This document shows positions 36,267 through 45,689 of a stretch of 64,000 nt of DNA, one piece after another. The translations under genes and the position numbers were made by a program. The notes under the pieces were generated by a model. That model made no database searches. It had not been told where the DNA came from and was given only the letters and a program-made list of their open reading frames with translations. Each line of letters opens with the position of its first letter. The first letter of the stretch is position 1. Source of the DNA: Parcubacteria group bacterium Gr01-1014_8. Its GTDB lineage: Bacteria; Patescibacteriota; Minisyncoccia; Phycocordibacterales; UBA2100. The DNA lies in assembly GCA_007376385.1 (NCBI GenBank), contig VMGC01000001.1, positions 160,001 to 224,000 on the forward strand, in the 5' to 3' direction.

Positions 36267-36986
36267 ATGAAATTTCTCGTGTTTCAGCATGTGCCACATG
36301 AGCATCCGGGGATGCTGGGGGATGCGGCAAAAACGTGGGGAGTAGACCTAACCGTCATCGAGCTATGGAAACCGTACATCATGCCCGTTGCAGATGAGTT
36401 TGATGCGCTCGTTATCATGGGAGGACCTATGGGAGTGTACGAGGGGAAAGAGCAGTATTCGTCAAAAGACGATGAGCTCGCGTTTATAAAAGAGAATCTT
36501 GGAAAAATGTCGGTGATAGGGTTTTGCCTCGGCGGGCAACTGCTGGCGCATGCGCTGGGGAGCCGTGTGTACCCCAATCTCACCGACGGAAAACGGCAAA
36601 AAGAAGTTGGATATCATACTGTCGAACTTACTGCCGAAGGCGCTGCTGACCCGTTATTCAAAGGTTTTTCGAGTCCAATAAAAGTATTGCAATGGCATGG
36701 TGATGCGTTCGATCTCCCGAAAGATGCGACACTTCTTGCATTCTCGTCCGCCTGTCCGAATCAGGCGTTTCGTTGGGGCACGAACGTATATGGCATGCTT
36801 TTCCACAATGAGTTCACGCCGGAGATGATAAACATGCAGCTTTCGATAGATAAGGAATGGATCCATAAGGATTACGAAATAGACGAGCGGGCGCTTCGGG
36901 ACGAAGCGCGCGCCAATGCGCCCCTTATGCGTGAACAGTGTAATCGACTATTCGGCAATTTTTGCGAGACAGCGGCACGACATTGA
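36267..36986 (+). CDS. class-I glutamine amidotransferase-like protein (GATase1/peptidase C26-like), stand-alone
   Basis: Nucleophile-elbow GFCLGGQLL (GxCxGxQ) and a downstream MLFHNE (HPE-like) motif. I chose the start at MKFLVFQH. Confidence 0.7.
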   Translation: MKFLVFQHVPHEHPGMLGDAAKTWGVDLTVIELWKPYIMPVADEFDALVIMGGPMGVYEGKEQYSSKDDELAFIKENLGKMSVIGFCLGGQLLAHALGSRVYPNLTDGKRQKEVGYHTVELTAEGAADPLFKGFSSPIKVLQWHGDAFDLPKDATLLAFSSACPNQAFRWGTNVYGMLFHNEFTPEMINMQLSIDKEWIHKDYEIDERALRDEARANAPLMREQCNRLFGNFCETAARH

Positions 36987-37199
36987 CAGGTTTTTTCGTG
37001 ATACACTGGTGGCGAGTCGTGCGGTAACTCATATGGAATCTCCATTCGAGTCGTTCTTGCGATTCGTCGTCGGTTTTACGGTTTTTATCTCCGTGAGTTT
37101 CGGGGTGACCTATGCCGTCAATACGTATTCACAGATGCAAGAAGTGGAAAAGCAGACAGCATCGGCATTTCAGGCGATGATTATTCCAGAGATGTAGAT

Positions 37200-37640
37200 T
37201 TACCACCGCTTGTTTCGCACCTGCCACCTTGCAAGCGCGTAACAAAGTCCAATGACACAGGATAAAATAAAAGCGGCCAATGGAATCGCATAGACCGCAT
37301 CTGAAACGAGTAGATAGATGCCTGATACGTACACTGCCCCAGATGCAAGCGCTGCTGGCGCGATGTAGGGTAAGAATGGTCTGAATTCTTCGTTGGGATT
37401 TTTTGTTAACATTGGAAAGAATAACTTTCTCAATGTTGTACTCGGCTTTTCGCCTCGCGGATTGCCAGTCGCTAATCGTGTTGCACTCCATTTTAATTGA
37501 AGAGATTGCGTAAACAATGACCACATTAAATTGGTGAAAAGAACAATACCTATAAGCGTCCACCCCACGACCGTGTTGAGCGTCCACTCTACAGTCTCGA
37601 AATATGATGCTGTTTCCCCAAACGATTGCGACGGATCCAC
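37200..37640 (-). CDS. hypothetical membrane protein (about 3 TM)
   Basis: Hydrophobic segments. It is convergent with the upstream + strand genes. Confidence 0.45.
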   Translation of the reverse strand: MDPSQSFGETASYFETVEWTLNTVVGWTLIGIVLFTNLMWSLFTQSLQLKWSATRLATGNPRGEKPSTTLRKLFFPMLTKNPNEEFRPFLPYIAPAALASGAVYVSGIYLLVSDAVYAIPLAAFILSCVIGLCYALARWQVRNKRW

Positions 37641-37662
37641 CCGAAAATTCTAGCATGTAGGT

Positions 37663-37690
37663 TGACCGCAGAGACAATATGTGTAAAATG
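37663..37690 (+). promoter_or_regulatory. sigma70-like promoter candidate (TTGACC-N16-TAAAAT) preceding a ~300-nt leader upstream of rplJ
   Basis: Hexamer match. The long leader may contain an L10(L12)4 autoregulatory structure. Confidence 0.3.
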
Positions 37691-37995
37691 CGCACAACTG
37701 GGCCAGAGAAAGTGGGTTCTGCAGAAATGCAGAGTAATGTCGAAAGACGCCTATCGAGGTCGAACCACTCCTTAGGGAGGGCCTAGATAAAAATTAGTAG
37801 GCCATTTGGGCATAGCGATATTCTCCGCAGTTAAATACGGCTTCGCCTGCTTTTGCCTTCGGCAAAAGATTTAACGGGGCATAAGATCTTCTAACTCGCT
37901 TCGCTCATATGAGAATACTCATATCACGTCTTCGCTCGGATATCATGAAAGCAAGCTTTCGCGATAATCCTCGCTAGCCGTGATAACAAAATCTA

Positions 37996-38496
37996 ATGAA
38001 TAAAACTAAACAACAGAAAGTAGAGCTGGTAGAAAATATGGCGAAGTCTCTTAAAGAGGCTGCGTCCACTGTTTTCGTCGGCTTTAAGGGGATGAACGTT
38101 GCGGACGAAAGTGCTATGCGACGTTCTCTGAGAGGCGACAGTGTGAAGTACACCGTCTTTAAAAAGACGCTGCTTCGCCGCGCGCTCGAAAGTCTCGGTC
38201 ACGCACCGAGCGAAGTGCCGCTTGAAGGGGAGGTTGCTGTCGCATATGGCGGCGGGGACGATGTCACCGCAGCGGCGAGACTTATCCATGATTTCGGAAA
38301 GAAGTTCAAGGATAGACTCGTCATTCTCGGAGGTATCTTTGAGGGCAAGCTTGCGGGGGAAGCGCTGATGCAGGAGATCGCAACAATTCCGTCGATGCTG
38401 GGCTTGCGGGGCATGTTTGCGCAGGTTCTCAACTCTCCGCACCAACGATTTGCAGTTGTGCTCAGCGCTGTTGCCGAGAAAAAATCGCAGTCTTAA
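37996..38496 (+). CDS. rplJ: 50S ribosomal protein L10
   Basis: MNKTKQQKVELVENMAKSLKEAASTVFVGFKGMNVADESAMRRSLR... is the L10 signature. It is followed by rplL. Confidence 0.9.
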   Translation: MNKTKQQKVELVENMAKSLKEAASTVFVGFKGMNVADESAMRRSLRGDSVKYTVFKKTLLRRALESLGHAPSEVPLEGEVAVAYGGGDDVTAAARLIHDFGKKFKDRLVILGGIFEGKLAGEALMQEIATIPSMLGLRGMFAQVLNSPHQRFAVVLSAVAEKKSQS

Positions 38497-38521
38497 TTAT
38501 CTAATTAATCCTAATTAACGT

Positions 38522-38878
38522 ATGTCAAACGAACAAATTATTGAAGCAGTAGAGAAAATGACAGTGCTCGAACTTAATACGCTTGTGAAGGCGATTGAGG
38601 AGAAGTGGGGAGTATCCGCTGCAGCAGTTGCGGTCGCAGGACCAGCAGCGGCAGCTGGGGAAGAGAAGACGGAATTCACTGTCGAATTGACGGCTGTAGG
38701 GGAACAAAAAGTTGCCGTCATCAAGGTAGTGAAAGAAGCTCTTGCGCTCGGATTGAAGGAAGCGAAAGACTTGGTAGACGCCGCTCCCAAGGTCCTCAAA
38801 GAGAATATGAAAAAGGAGGACGCAGAAGTTCTCAAGAAAAAGCTTGAGGAAGCCGGTGCCAAAGTAGCTCTGAAATAA
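38522..38878 (+). CDS. rplL: 50S ribosomal protein L7/L12
   Basis: [31 protein letters not shown]..., an Ala/Gly hinge, and the C-terminal domain ending [14 protein letters not shown]. Confidence 0.95.
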   Translation: MSNEQIIEAVEKMTVLELNTLVKAIEEKWGVSAAAVAVAGPAAAAGEEKTEFTVELTAVGEQKVAVIKVVKEALALGLKEAKDLVDAAPKVLKENMKKEDAEVLKKKLEEAGAKVALK

Positions 38879-39335
38879 TATTTCAGAGTTTTTCACCGGC
38901 TTGGGAGGGGTGAGAAGCGAATACTTGGAGCTTCACAAGGCCGGAGCCCGACGGGGCGAGGCGGGGTCGCGCAATTCGCCAGCAGGCGAATATGTGTGGC
39001 GGGGAACAGTTGGTCTCCCGTGGGGGAATAAATTGCAGTTGACTGCGATTTATCCGCTGCCGGAGGTAAGCGCCGATGCGAGCTTGCGAGCAGGCGCTAG
39101 GGCGACTTCTTCTGGTGTCGCGTTGAAAACCATGGGTGACCAAGAAAATAACGAGTGCAACGAGTATATTTTCTGAAGTACTCTTGTGGTGTTTTCAAGG
39201 AGGAGTTCTGTGATAAGCAGAGCGACGACGGGTAGTGCTAAGGTAACTCTCAAATAATTTTCTCGTTCTAAACAAAAAGCCCTCGTTGGGGCTTTTTGTT
39301 TAGAGTAGAGGAAAGGCGGCCGAAGCCGCCCTTCG

Positions 39336-39449
39336 TCAGTGCTTTAGAAGATACTCGAGGATCGCAAGAGTGATAATGGGGGAAACCGCGACCAGAGCGG
39401 CAATCGCCCAAAAGAGCGCAAAGATGATCTCATCGCGCTTCCAAGGCAT
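39336..39449 (-). CDS. small hydrophobic single-TM peptide (37 aa: MPWKRDEIIFALFWAIAALVAVSPIITLAILEYLLKH)
   Basis: ATG start with the SD sequence AAGGAG 7 nt upstream. A minus-strand intrinsic terminator lies immediately downstream (gggcggc-ttcg-gccgcc followed by a T-rich tail). Confidence 0.45.
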   Translation of the reverse strand: MPWKRDEIIFALFWAIAALVAVSPIITLAILEYLLKH

Positions 39450-39592
39450 GACACTTCTCCTTTGCCGTAGTTGGCTGCAAATATTGAGCATGTCGGCACT
39501 TGCAGCCAACAACGAGAAGAGGTCTAGGAGAAGTACGTTGGGTGAGCGTATATACGTCAACAAAGAGGAAAGCGGCCGTGAGGCCGCTCCCG

Positions 39593-39679
39593 TCACTTGC
39601 CCTTCCCAAAATAGGTGACAATAAGGGCAACTATTGTGCCGCCCCCGATGCCCATACCGATAATTATTAGGTCACGCAT
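39593..39679 (-). CDS. small hydrophobic single-TM peptide (28 aa: MRDLIIIGMGIGGGTIVALIVTYFGKGK)
   Basis: ATG start with the SD sequence GAGGAG 7 nt upstream. A minus-strand terminator lies immediately downstream (gcggcc-tcac-ggccgc followed by TTTCCTCTTT). Confidence 0.45.
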   Translation of the reverse strand: MRDLIIIGMGIGGGTIVALIVTYFGKGK

Positions 39680-39827
39680 GACGGTGCTCCTCTTCCGAAA
39701 ACCGGACGCGGGAGGCGAGTTTCTCGCTTTCTGCGTCCGGTCAGAAAAGGTCTGGGCGGAACTATGCGCCAGGCGGACTTTTTTTGCAACACTGTATTTT
39801 TGAAGGGTGCTGCTATACAATCTCGCC

Positions 39828-40442
39828 ATGTCTACGGATTTTCTAGCAGCATTTATAAAAAATCCGGCTCAGGCAAAAGTCTTGCGGGTTCTCGTATCGA
39901 ATGAGACTCTGCAATTGACCGTAACGACTATCGCAAAACGAGCTGAGGTAAGTGTCGCTCTTGCCGAGAGAGAATTGCATGTGCTTGCAAGACTGGAAAT
40001 CGTAAAGAAAATTGAACCGCAATTTTCAAAGCATAAAGCAAAACAGGAGCAAGTTGAACATTGGATGTTCAATAAAGAATTTAAATATGCTCTGTCACTT
40101 ACCGCATTCGTGCAAGAGACCTCCCCCGTGGAATTCAAGAACGTCGAGCGTGCGCTTAAAAGTTCAGGACGAATTTCTGCCGTCGTACTCTCAGGTATCT
40201 TCATGGGGGACCCTACGAGGCCTGCAGATCTTCTCATCGCGGGCGACGCCTTGAACGAGAGCCGTCTTGAGAAGGCAGTGAAAACGCTTGAGCCGATGTT
40301 CGGCCGCGAGATACGGTATGCCGCCTTTTCAACACCCGAATTTCGGTATCGACTGACTATTCAGGACCGCCTTTTTAGGGATACTCTGGAATTTCCGCAC
40401 CGTATCCTGATCAGCAAGAACGGAATCTTCAAAAAGGCTTAA
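39828..40442 (+). CDS. hypothetical protein with an N-terminal HTH-like segment
   Basis: I trimmed the start to MSTDFLAAF.... ...TIAKRAEVSVALAERELHVLARLEIVKK... looks HTH-like. The C-terminal domain is unassigned. Confidence 0.45.
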   Translation: MSTDFLAAFIKNPAQAKVLRVLVSNETLQLTVTTIAKRAEVSVALAERELHVLARLEIVKKIEPQFSKHKAKQEQVEHWMFNKEFKYALSLTAFVQETSPVEFKNVERALKSSGRISAVVLSGIFMGDPTRPADLLIAGDALNESRLEKAVKTLEPMFGREIRYAAFSTPEFRYRLTIQDRLFRDTLEFPHRILISKNGIFKKA

Positions 40443-40531
40443 ATTGAGGATTGAATCATATCCACATCGCATATGGGTATTCTGTTCGGTTGCATTGGAT
40501 GTGTTACAATTTGCAGATCAGTTATACCGTT

Positions 40532-40873
40532 ATGTCTCAACAGCGAGAAGATGCAGGTCCTGGTCAATTAACTCAGGCGGAACTTCGTCAGGCTGAAGAC
40601 CTCAAGACCTCTGTATTGAGACAGTTTCATAAATGGGATTCTTCACAAACGAGCTGTGGGCGACTTTTTGATGCAGCAATTCGTGAAGGCGGTAACGACA
40701 TAAAAGCTCTCGTAACTGCGAAAGCCGCTGAACAAGTTGATAAAGTTGTCGATAGTATGTATCAAAAATTCAGTCAGTTAAATCCGGTTGGCGGGGAACT
40801 CATGGAAGATGCCAGAGGTTCAATCAAATCTGCAATATACAAGGCAAAGGGGCTTAGGTCTTCTGCGAGTTAG
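40532..40873 (+). CDS. hypothetical protein
   Basis: About 113-aa ORF (MSQQREDAGPGQLTQAELRQ...). The start is uncertain. Confidence 0.3.
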   Translation: MSQQREDAGPGQLTQAELRQAEDLKTSVLRQFHKWDSSQTSCGRLFDAAIREGGNDIKALVTAKAAEQVDKVVDSMYQKFSQLNPVGGELMEDARGSIKSAIYKAKGLRSSAS

Positions 40874-41189
40874 AAATAGCCTCAAATGAGCAATCGCGTA
40901 GGTGGTAATCAGAAATGTAGACTGAATTTTGCATCCCCAACCTTCCTCTTTCTCACCCCTTGAGGTGGGCTTTTAGAGGGTGTCTCGCAGCGCGACGGCG
41001 CGAGAGTCAGCGCTCCGAGAGTACGCGGAGGCAGCGATCCGAGAAAAGCCCACAGATAAAGGGTTTTTCCACTTTTCCTGTATCCACACGACTATGCTCA
41101 AAACCGAAGGCTGACCGCCTGCGATGCTATCATCTGGGTATAGGGGTCGAAACCTTTAGTAGCCATTATTAGGTATCTTTTTTGTACAT

Positions 41190-41885
41190 ATGATAGTTGA
41201 ACAATCGGCGAATGTGCTCCAAAGCTCATTCAACGACGTCTGGTTCGCTGTCGCGTCTTTCGTGCCAAGCATCCTCGCCGCAATCGTCATTTTTGTCATC
41301 GGCTGGATAATCGGTGTGATTCTCGCGAAGATAATCGAACAAGTCGTCGAGGTATTGCGCGTTGACGAAGCGTTGAAAGCAACGGGTGCAAATGACGCGT
41401 TCAAGAACACGGGCTACCAGCTCCATGTCGGCGTGCTTCTTGGCACGCTCGTGAAGTGGTTCGTCATCATCGTGTTTCTGGTCGCATCGCTCGATGTCCT
41501 CGGACTGTACCAAGTTAACTCGTTCTTGCAGGGAGTTGTCTTGCTGTACCTCCCGAACGTTATCGTCGCGGTACTCTTCTTGATCCTCGCCGCAATCGTG
41601 GCGGAGATCGTGAAGAATGTGGTGAGCGGTTCTGCTCGCGCCGCTGGCGTCACATCGGCAAATCTTGCTGGTGTTGTTGCCAAGTGGGCGATATGGATCT
41701 TCGCGATCATTGCAGCTCTCACGCAACTCGGTGTTGCAAGTGCGCTCATCCAAACTCTGTTTACAGGTTTGGTCATCGCCATCTCTCTCGCGTTCGGACT
41801 CGCGTTCGGGCTCGGTGGGAAAGATGCGGCATCGCGCGCTATCGACCGCGTACGCTCGGAAGTGGCTCATCACAACAAAGACTGA
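41190..41885 (+). CDS. membrane protein with repeated conserved TM helices (MscS N-terminal/TM_helix-like)
   Basis: 231 aa with four hydrophobic helices of similar pattern (...AAIVIFVIGWIIGVILAKIIEQV..., ...IVAVLFLILAAIVAEIVKNVV...). Confidence 0.55.
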   Translation: MIVEQSANVLQSSFNDVWFAVASFVPSILAAIVIFVIGWIIGVILAKIIEQVVEVLRVDEALKATGANDAFKNTGYQLHVGVLLGTLVKWFVIIVFLVASLDVLGLYQVNSFLQGVVLLYLPNVIVAVLFLILAAIVAEIVKNVVSGSARAAGVTSANLAGVVAKWAIWIFAIIAALTQLGVASALIQTLFTGLVIAISLAFGLAFGLGGKDAASRAIDRVRSEVAHHNKD

Positions 41886-42106
41886 TTCGACCCATTTCTC
41901 CTAGAACATTGAGGATTTTAGCCCCGCCAGGCCGCAGCCTGGCGGGGCTCCGTGCTTGTCCACCGGAAATCCACACTTTAAGCGCTCTTTTACCAAAATG
42001 CCCTCTTGACTTCCTCTTTTTCCCGTCTATACTCTCCCTTACGTATATGTGTTCGGAATTTAGCCTTAAAAAGTGGCAGATGTAGCCTAAGCGTTGCTTG
42101 TGCTAC

Positions 42107-42131
42107 TGAAGCCGCTTATGAGCGGCTTTTT
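42107..42131 (+). terminator. intrinsic terminator (aagccgct-tatg-agcggctt followed by TTTTTCG)
   Basis: Hairpin followed by a T-run. It separates the membrane-protein gene from the rRNA locus. Confidence 0.5.
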
Positions 42132-43110
42132 TCGTGCCAAATACGATAGTCCTTTGACAACTGAAGAACGACACAATTCTTGCTCGTAAGAGCAGGAGAA
42201 AAAGAAAGAATAAGAAATTTTCTGAAAAGAAAATTTCTTTTCGCGCCGTCGCTCGCGGATCATGAGAATAAATTCTCGCGATACCGCTCGCTCGGCGCGA
42301 TCAACAACATTGATTCGGCTATTGTCTTTGGCCGGATCAGTGCAGGAAAAAATGTATTTTTGCGCAACCACTTTTCACAACCACAAGGTTGTAGAAAAGT
42401 GCAGTCCTGTAATAGGGAAAGCAAAAATCAAAAACAATCCGCCTTCGCACACGTTGTGTGCTATGGCGGGACAAAGAAAGTCCCGACACGCCAAAAGGTG
42501 TGACGGGCGCAATGCTTGTCCGTCTTGTAGCGGACAAGCAAAGTAATAAACCAATAACGCGGTTCTCAAATTTCCAAACGGGAATTCTGAGAAAGGGCGT
42601 GCGGCGGATGCCTTGACAGAAGAAGGCGATGAAGGACGCAGTTCGGCGGCGATACGCTTCGGGGAGGTGCCAAGCAACCTTCGATCCGGAGATTTCCGAA
42701 TGGGGAAACCCCATAGAGCAACCCTCTATGACTCATGCTCTAAACAGCATAGAGAGCAGACCTTGGGAAGTGAAACATCTCAGTACCAAGAGGAAAAGAG
42801 ACCAATAGGTATTCCCTTAGTAGCGGCGAGCGAAACGGGAAAAGCACAAACTCAGCCACAAAATCGAAGCGCGATTTATTTCGCGAATCGATTTTGGGGA
42901 TGGGGGTTATAAGGCTACAGCGCTAGCAATAGGTAGAGTAAAAAAATGCTTAGTTAGAGGAAGCGCCTGGGAAGGCGCGCAACACAGGGTAATAGCCCCG
43001 TACTCGAAAACGAAGCATCTCTATGGCTGTAGTTCTTGAGTAACTCGAGACATGAATAGCTCGGGTGAATTTGCCGGGACTAACCGGTAATGCTACATAC
43101 TTCTTCTGAT

Positions 43111-43153
<43 letters not shown>

Positions 43154-44660
43154 GGTGAGGGGAGTGAAATAGACCTGAAACCGCATGCCTACAAGGAGTC
43201 GGAGCGGGCACCACAGTGCTCTTGAAATTTTTTGCAGAATTTTTGCAAAAGATCTTTTCGGGTGCAGTGTGGTGTCCGTCACGGCGTGCCTATTGAAGAA
43301 TGAGCCAACGAGTTAATGCATACAGCTGGCTAAGCCCTTTTCGGGTGGAGCCGTAGCGAAAGCGAGTGTGAATAGCGCGACTATAGTTGTATGTATTAGA
43401 CCCGAAGCCAGGTGAGCTACCCATGAGCAGGCTGAAGTTTATAGAAATATAGATGGAGGGCCGAACCCGTAGATTGTGCAACATCTTGGGATGACTTGTG
43501 GGTTGGAGTGAAAAGCTTATCGAACCTGGTAATAGCTGGTTCTCTCCGAAAGAGCTTTCGGGCTCGCGTCATGGATTACATATGGGGGTAGAGCACTGGA
43601 AGAAGCGGATAGGCCGAAAGGCCACTGCCTCTATCAAACTCCGAATACCATATGCGTACCGTGGCAGTTAGACGATGGGGGCGAAGCTCCATTCGTCAAA
43701 AGGGAAACAGCCCAGACCGCCAGTTAAGGTCCCTAAATCTATGCTCAGTGCATTTCCAAGGAGGTGAAATTTCACAGACAGTGAGGATGTTGGCTTAGAA
43801 GCAGCCACCATTCAAAGAAAGCGTAACAGCTCACTCACTCAGAGATTTCGCGCCACAAATGATCGGGGCTTAAGCATAGTACCGAAACTGCGGATTCAGT
43901 ACGTCTTCGGATGTACTGTCTGGTAGGAGAGCGTTCTCTGTGCGATGAAGGTAAAGGGGTGACCCATGCTGGAGCGCAGGGAAGTGAAAATGTTGGCACG
44001 AGTAACCGCAAGGCAGGTGAGATTCCTGCCCGCCGAAAGAACAAGGTTTCCTTCGCAATGGAGATCAACGAAGGGTTAGTCGGTCCTAAGCCAATGGCGA
44101 ATGCCGCAGGCGATGGATTCATGGTTAATATTCCATGACTCGGAATTGGTGCGATGGAGTGACGGAGTGTTGTACCTCAAGCATATTATGGATTTATGTT
44201 CAGGCCGTGAGGATGCTTTTCAGGAAAATCCGGAGAGCACAGTCCAAGCGGAGTGGAAAAGTGGAGGCCTCGGCCGAAACTGATTTGAGGGAGCACGCTT
44301 CCAAGAAAAACTTCTAAGCTTATAACCAATGACGAACCGTACCGCAAACCGACACAGGTGTTCTGGTCGAATAGACTAAGGCGAACGGGTGAGAGATGCT
44401 CAAGGAACTCGGCAAAAAAGTGGCCGTACGTTAGCAATAAGGCCTGCCCAATACAGTGATGTATGGGGCCGCAGATAATTATTCCCAGGCGACTGTTTAC
44501 CAAAAACACAGCTCCCTGCAAACTCGTAAGAGGAAGTATAGGGGGTGATGCCTGACCAATGCCGGAAGGTCAAGTGTGGTCGGTCTCATATAGCAATATA
44601 TGTTGCTGGCACTACATAAGCCCCGGTCAATGTCGGCGATAACTATAATCGTCCTAAGGT

Positions 44661-45360
44661 TTCCCGCTTAAGAAATTGAGCGGGGAAGGACTGGGACGAT
44701 CATAGAATCGAATAAACAGCGAAAGAAAATACCAAAGCTGCCTCTCTGTGCAGTAATGCACAAGTGGTCCTAGAAACATGGCTATATGCTGGAAACCCTA
44801 TGGTATAATTATTCCATAGATGAGTAATCAGCAGGAAAGGCCAGAGATGAAAGGGTGGATCGTCGGTTTTACCGACGGCGAAGGATGCTTTTCAATAAGC
44901 ATGTTTCGCAACAAAACCACCAAGTTTGGTTGGCAAGTATTCCCAGAGTTTGTAATAACTCAGGGAAAGAAAAGTTTGCCAGCACTCGAAACTTTCCAAA
45001 ACTTCTTTAAGTGCGGAAAGATATACGAGAACGCTAGGTACGATAATCATCGTGAATATCTGTATCGATACTGTGTACGATCAATTTCGGATTTGCGGGA
45101 GAAAATAATCCCGTTTTTTCGAAAAAACAAATTGTATACAGCCAAACAAAAAGATTTCGAACTGTTTGCAGATGTCATAGAAAAGGTGTATCGAAAAGAA
45201 CATCTTTTAGAATCGGGATTGCGAGCGATAGCGCGCAAGATCGAACAGATGAATCGCAAGAAGAAATCAACATTTCTGGAATCCTCAGAGACTACACGCC
45301 ATGCCCCTAAATCTAAATAAGATCGGGTGAAGATATAGTCCAAAGGTAATAGGAACCTAG
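44661..45360 (+). mobile_element. group I intron 1 (after the E. coli U1917 equivalent) encoding an intact LAGLIDADG endonuclease
   Basis: The upstream exon ends in T, the intron ends in G (omega-G), and the downstream exon resumes at AGCGAAATTCCT. Conserved R-like (cagagactacacg) and S (gaagatatagtcc) core elements are present. Confidence 0.75.
44820..45320 (+). CDS. LAGLIDADG homing endonuclease (single-motif, 166 aa)
   Basis: Motif IVGFTDGEGCFS with the pattern characteristic of LAGLIDADG homing endonucleases. The 3' end of the ORF overlaps the intron R element. Confidence 0.8.
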   Translation: MSNQQERPEMKGWIVGFTDGEGCFSISMFRNKTTKFGWQVFPEFVITQGKKSLPALETFQNFFKCGKIYENARYDNHREYLYRYCVRSISDLREKIIPFFRKNKLYTAKQKDFELFADVIEKVYRKEHLLESGLRAIARKIEQMNRKKKSTFLESSETTRHAPKSK

Positions 45361-45372
45361 AGCGAAATTCCT

Positions 45373-45681
45373 AGAAGACTGGGACTATCAGTCAAAAACT
45401 ACTGATAGCAAATTCTGCTATATGCTGGAAACTCCGAGTATCCAACAGTACCCTGACGAAATGGAAGGGTAAAAATCTGTTGGTGCGGACAATCAGCAGG
45501 GAAGTCGTAATTGACCCCTCAACGACTACACGCAGAACTCCACGAAGCTCATCAATCCGATGCTGTTTCGGGAGGTGATATAGTCTGAACTGCATGGCGA
45601 CATGCAGAGTTTGGCTCGCGCCAAACCGCTTCAAACAAATTGAAGTCATTATTCTCACTAGAGAATAGTAAGTAACAGAAT
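45373..45681 (+). mobile_element. group I intron 2a (ORF-less; carries a decayed homing-endonuclease N-terminal remnant)
   Basis: Follows the 12-nt exon agcgaaattcct. Contains the R element tcaacgactacacg, the S element gtgatatagtc and a terminal G before the exon TGTCTGGT. Its 5' region is similar to intron 1 (gactgggac..gctatatgctggaaac). The remnant reading frame (aat cag cag gga agt cgt aat tga) parallels the homing-endonuclease 1 N-terminus SNQQERP. Confidence 0.5.
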
Positions 45682-45689
45682 GTGTCTGG

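Noticed and set aside
39197-39244. 15-codon micro-ORF with a perfect SD (aaggagga-N6-GTG ATA AGC ...) downstream of rplL
   Set aside because: Too short and unconserved to call. Mentioned only as a possible leader peptide within the structured region.
39050-39253. Third hydrophobic-start ORF (MRVTLALPVVALLITELLL..., 67 aa) upstream of the two small peptide genes
   Set aside because: TTG start, no SD sequence, and most of the ORF is hydrophilic low-complexity sequence. It was not accepted as a third peptide gene.
41886-42580. 16S rRNA or spacer tRNA upstream of 23S
   Set aside because: No 16S 3' end (no ...GGATCACCTCCTT) and no tRNA-like T-arm were found. The sequence contains terminators and an upstream protein-coding gene instead.
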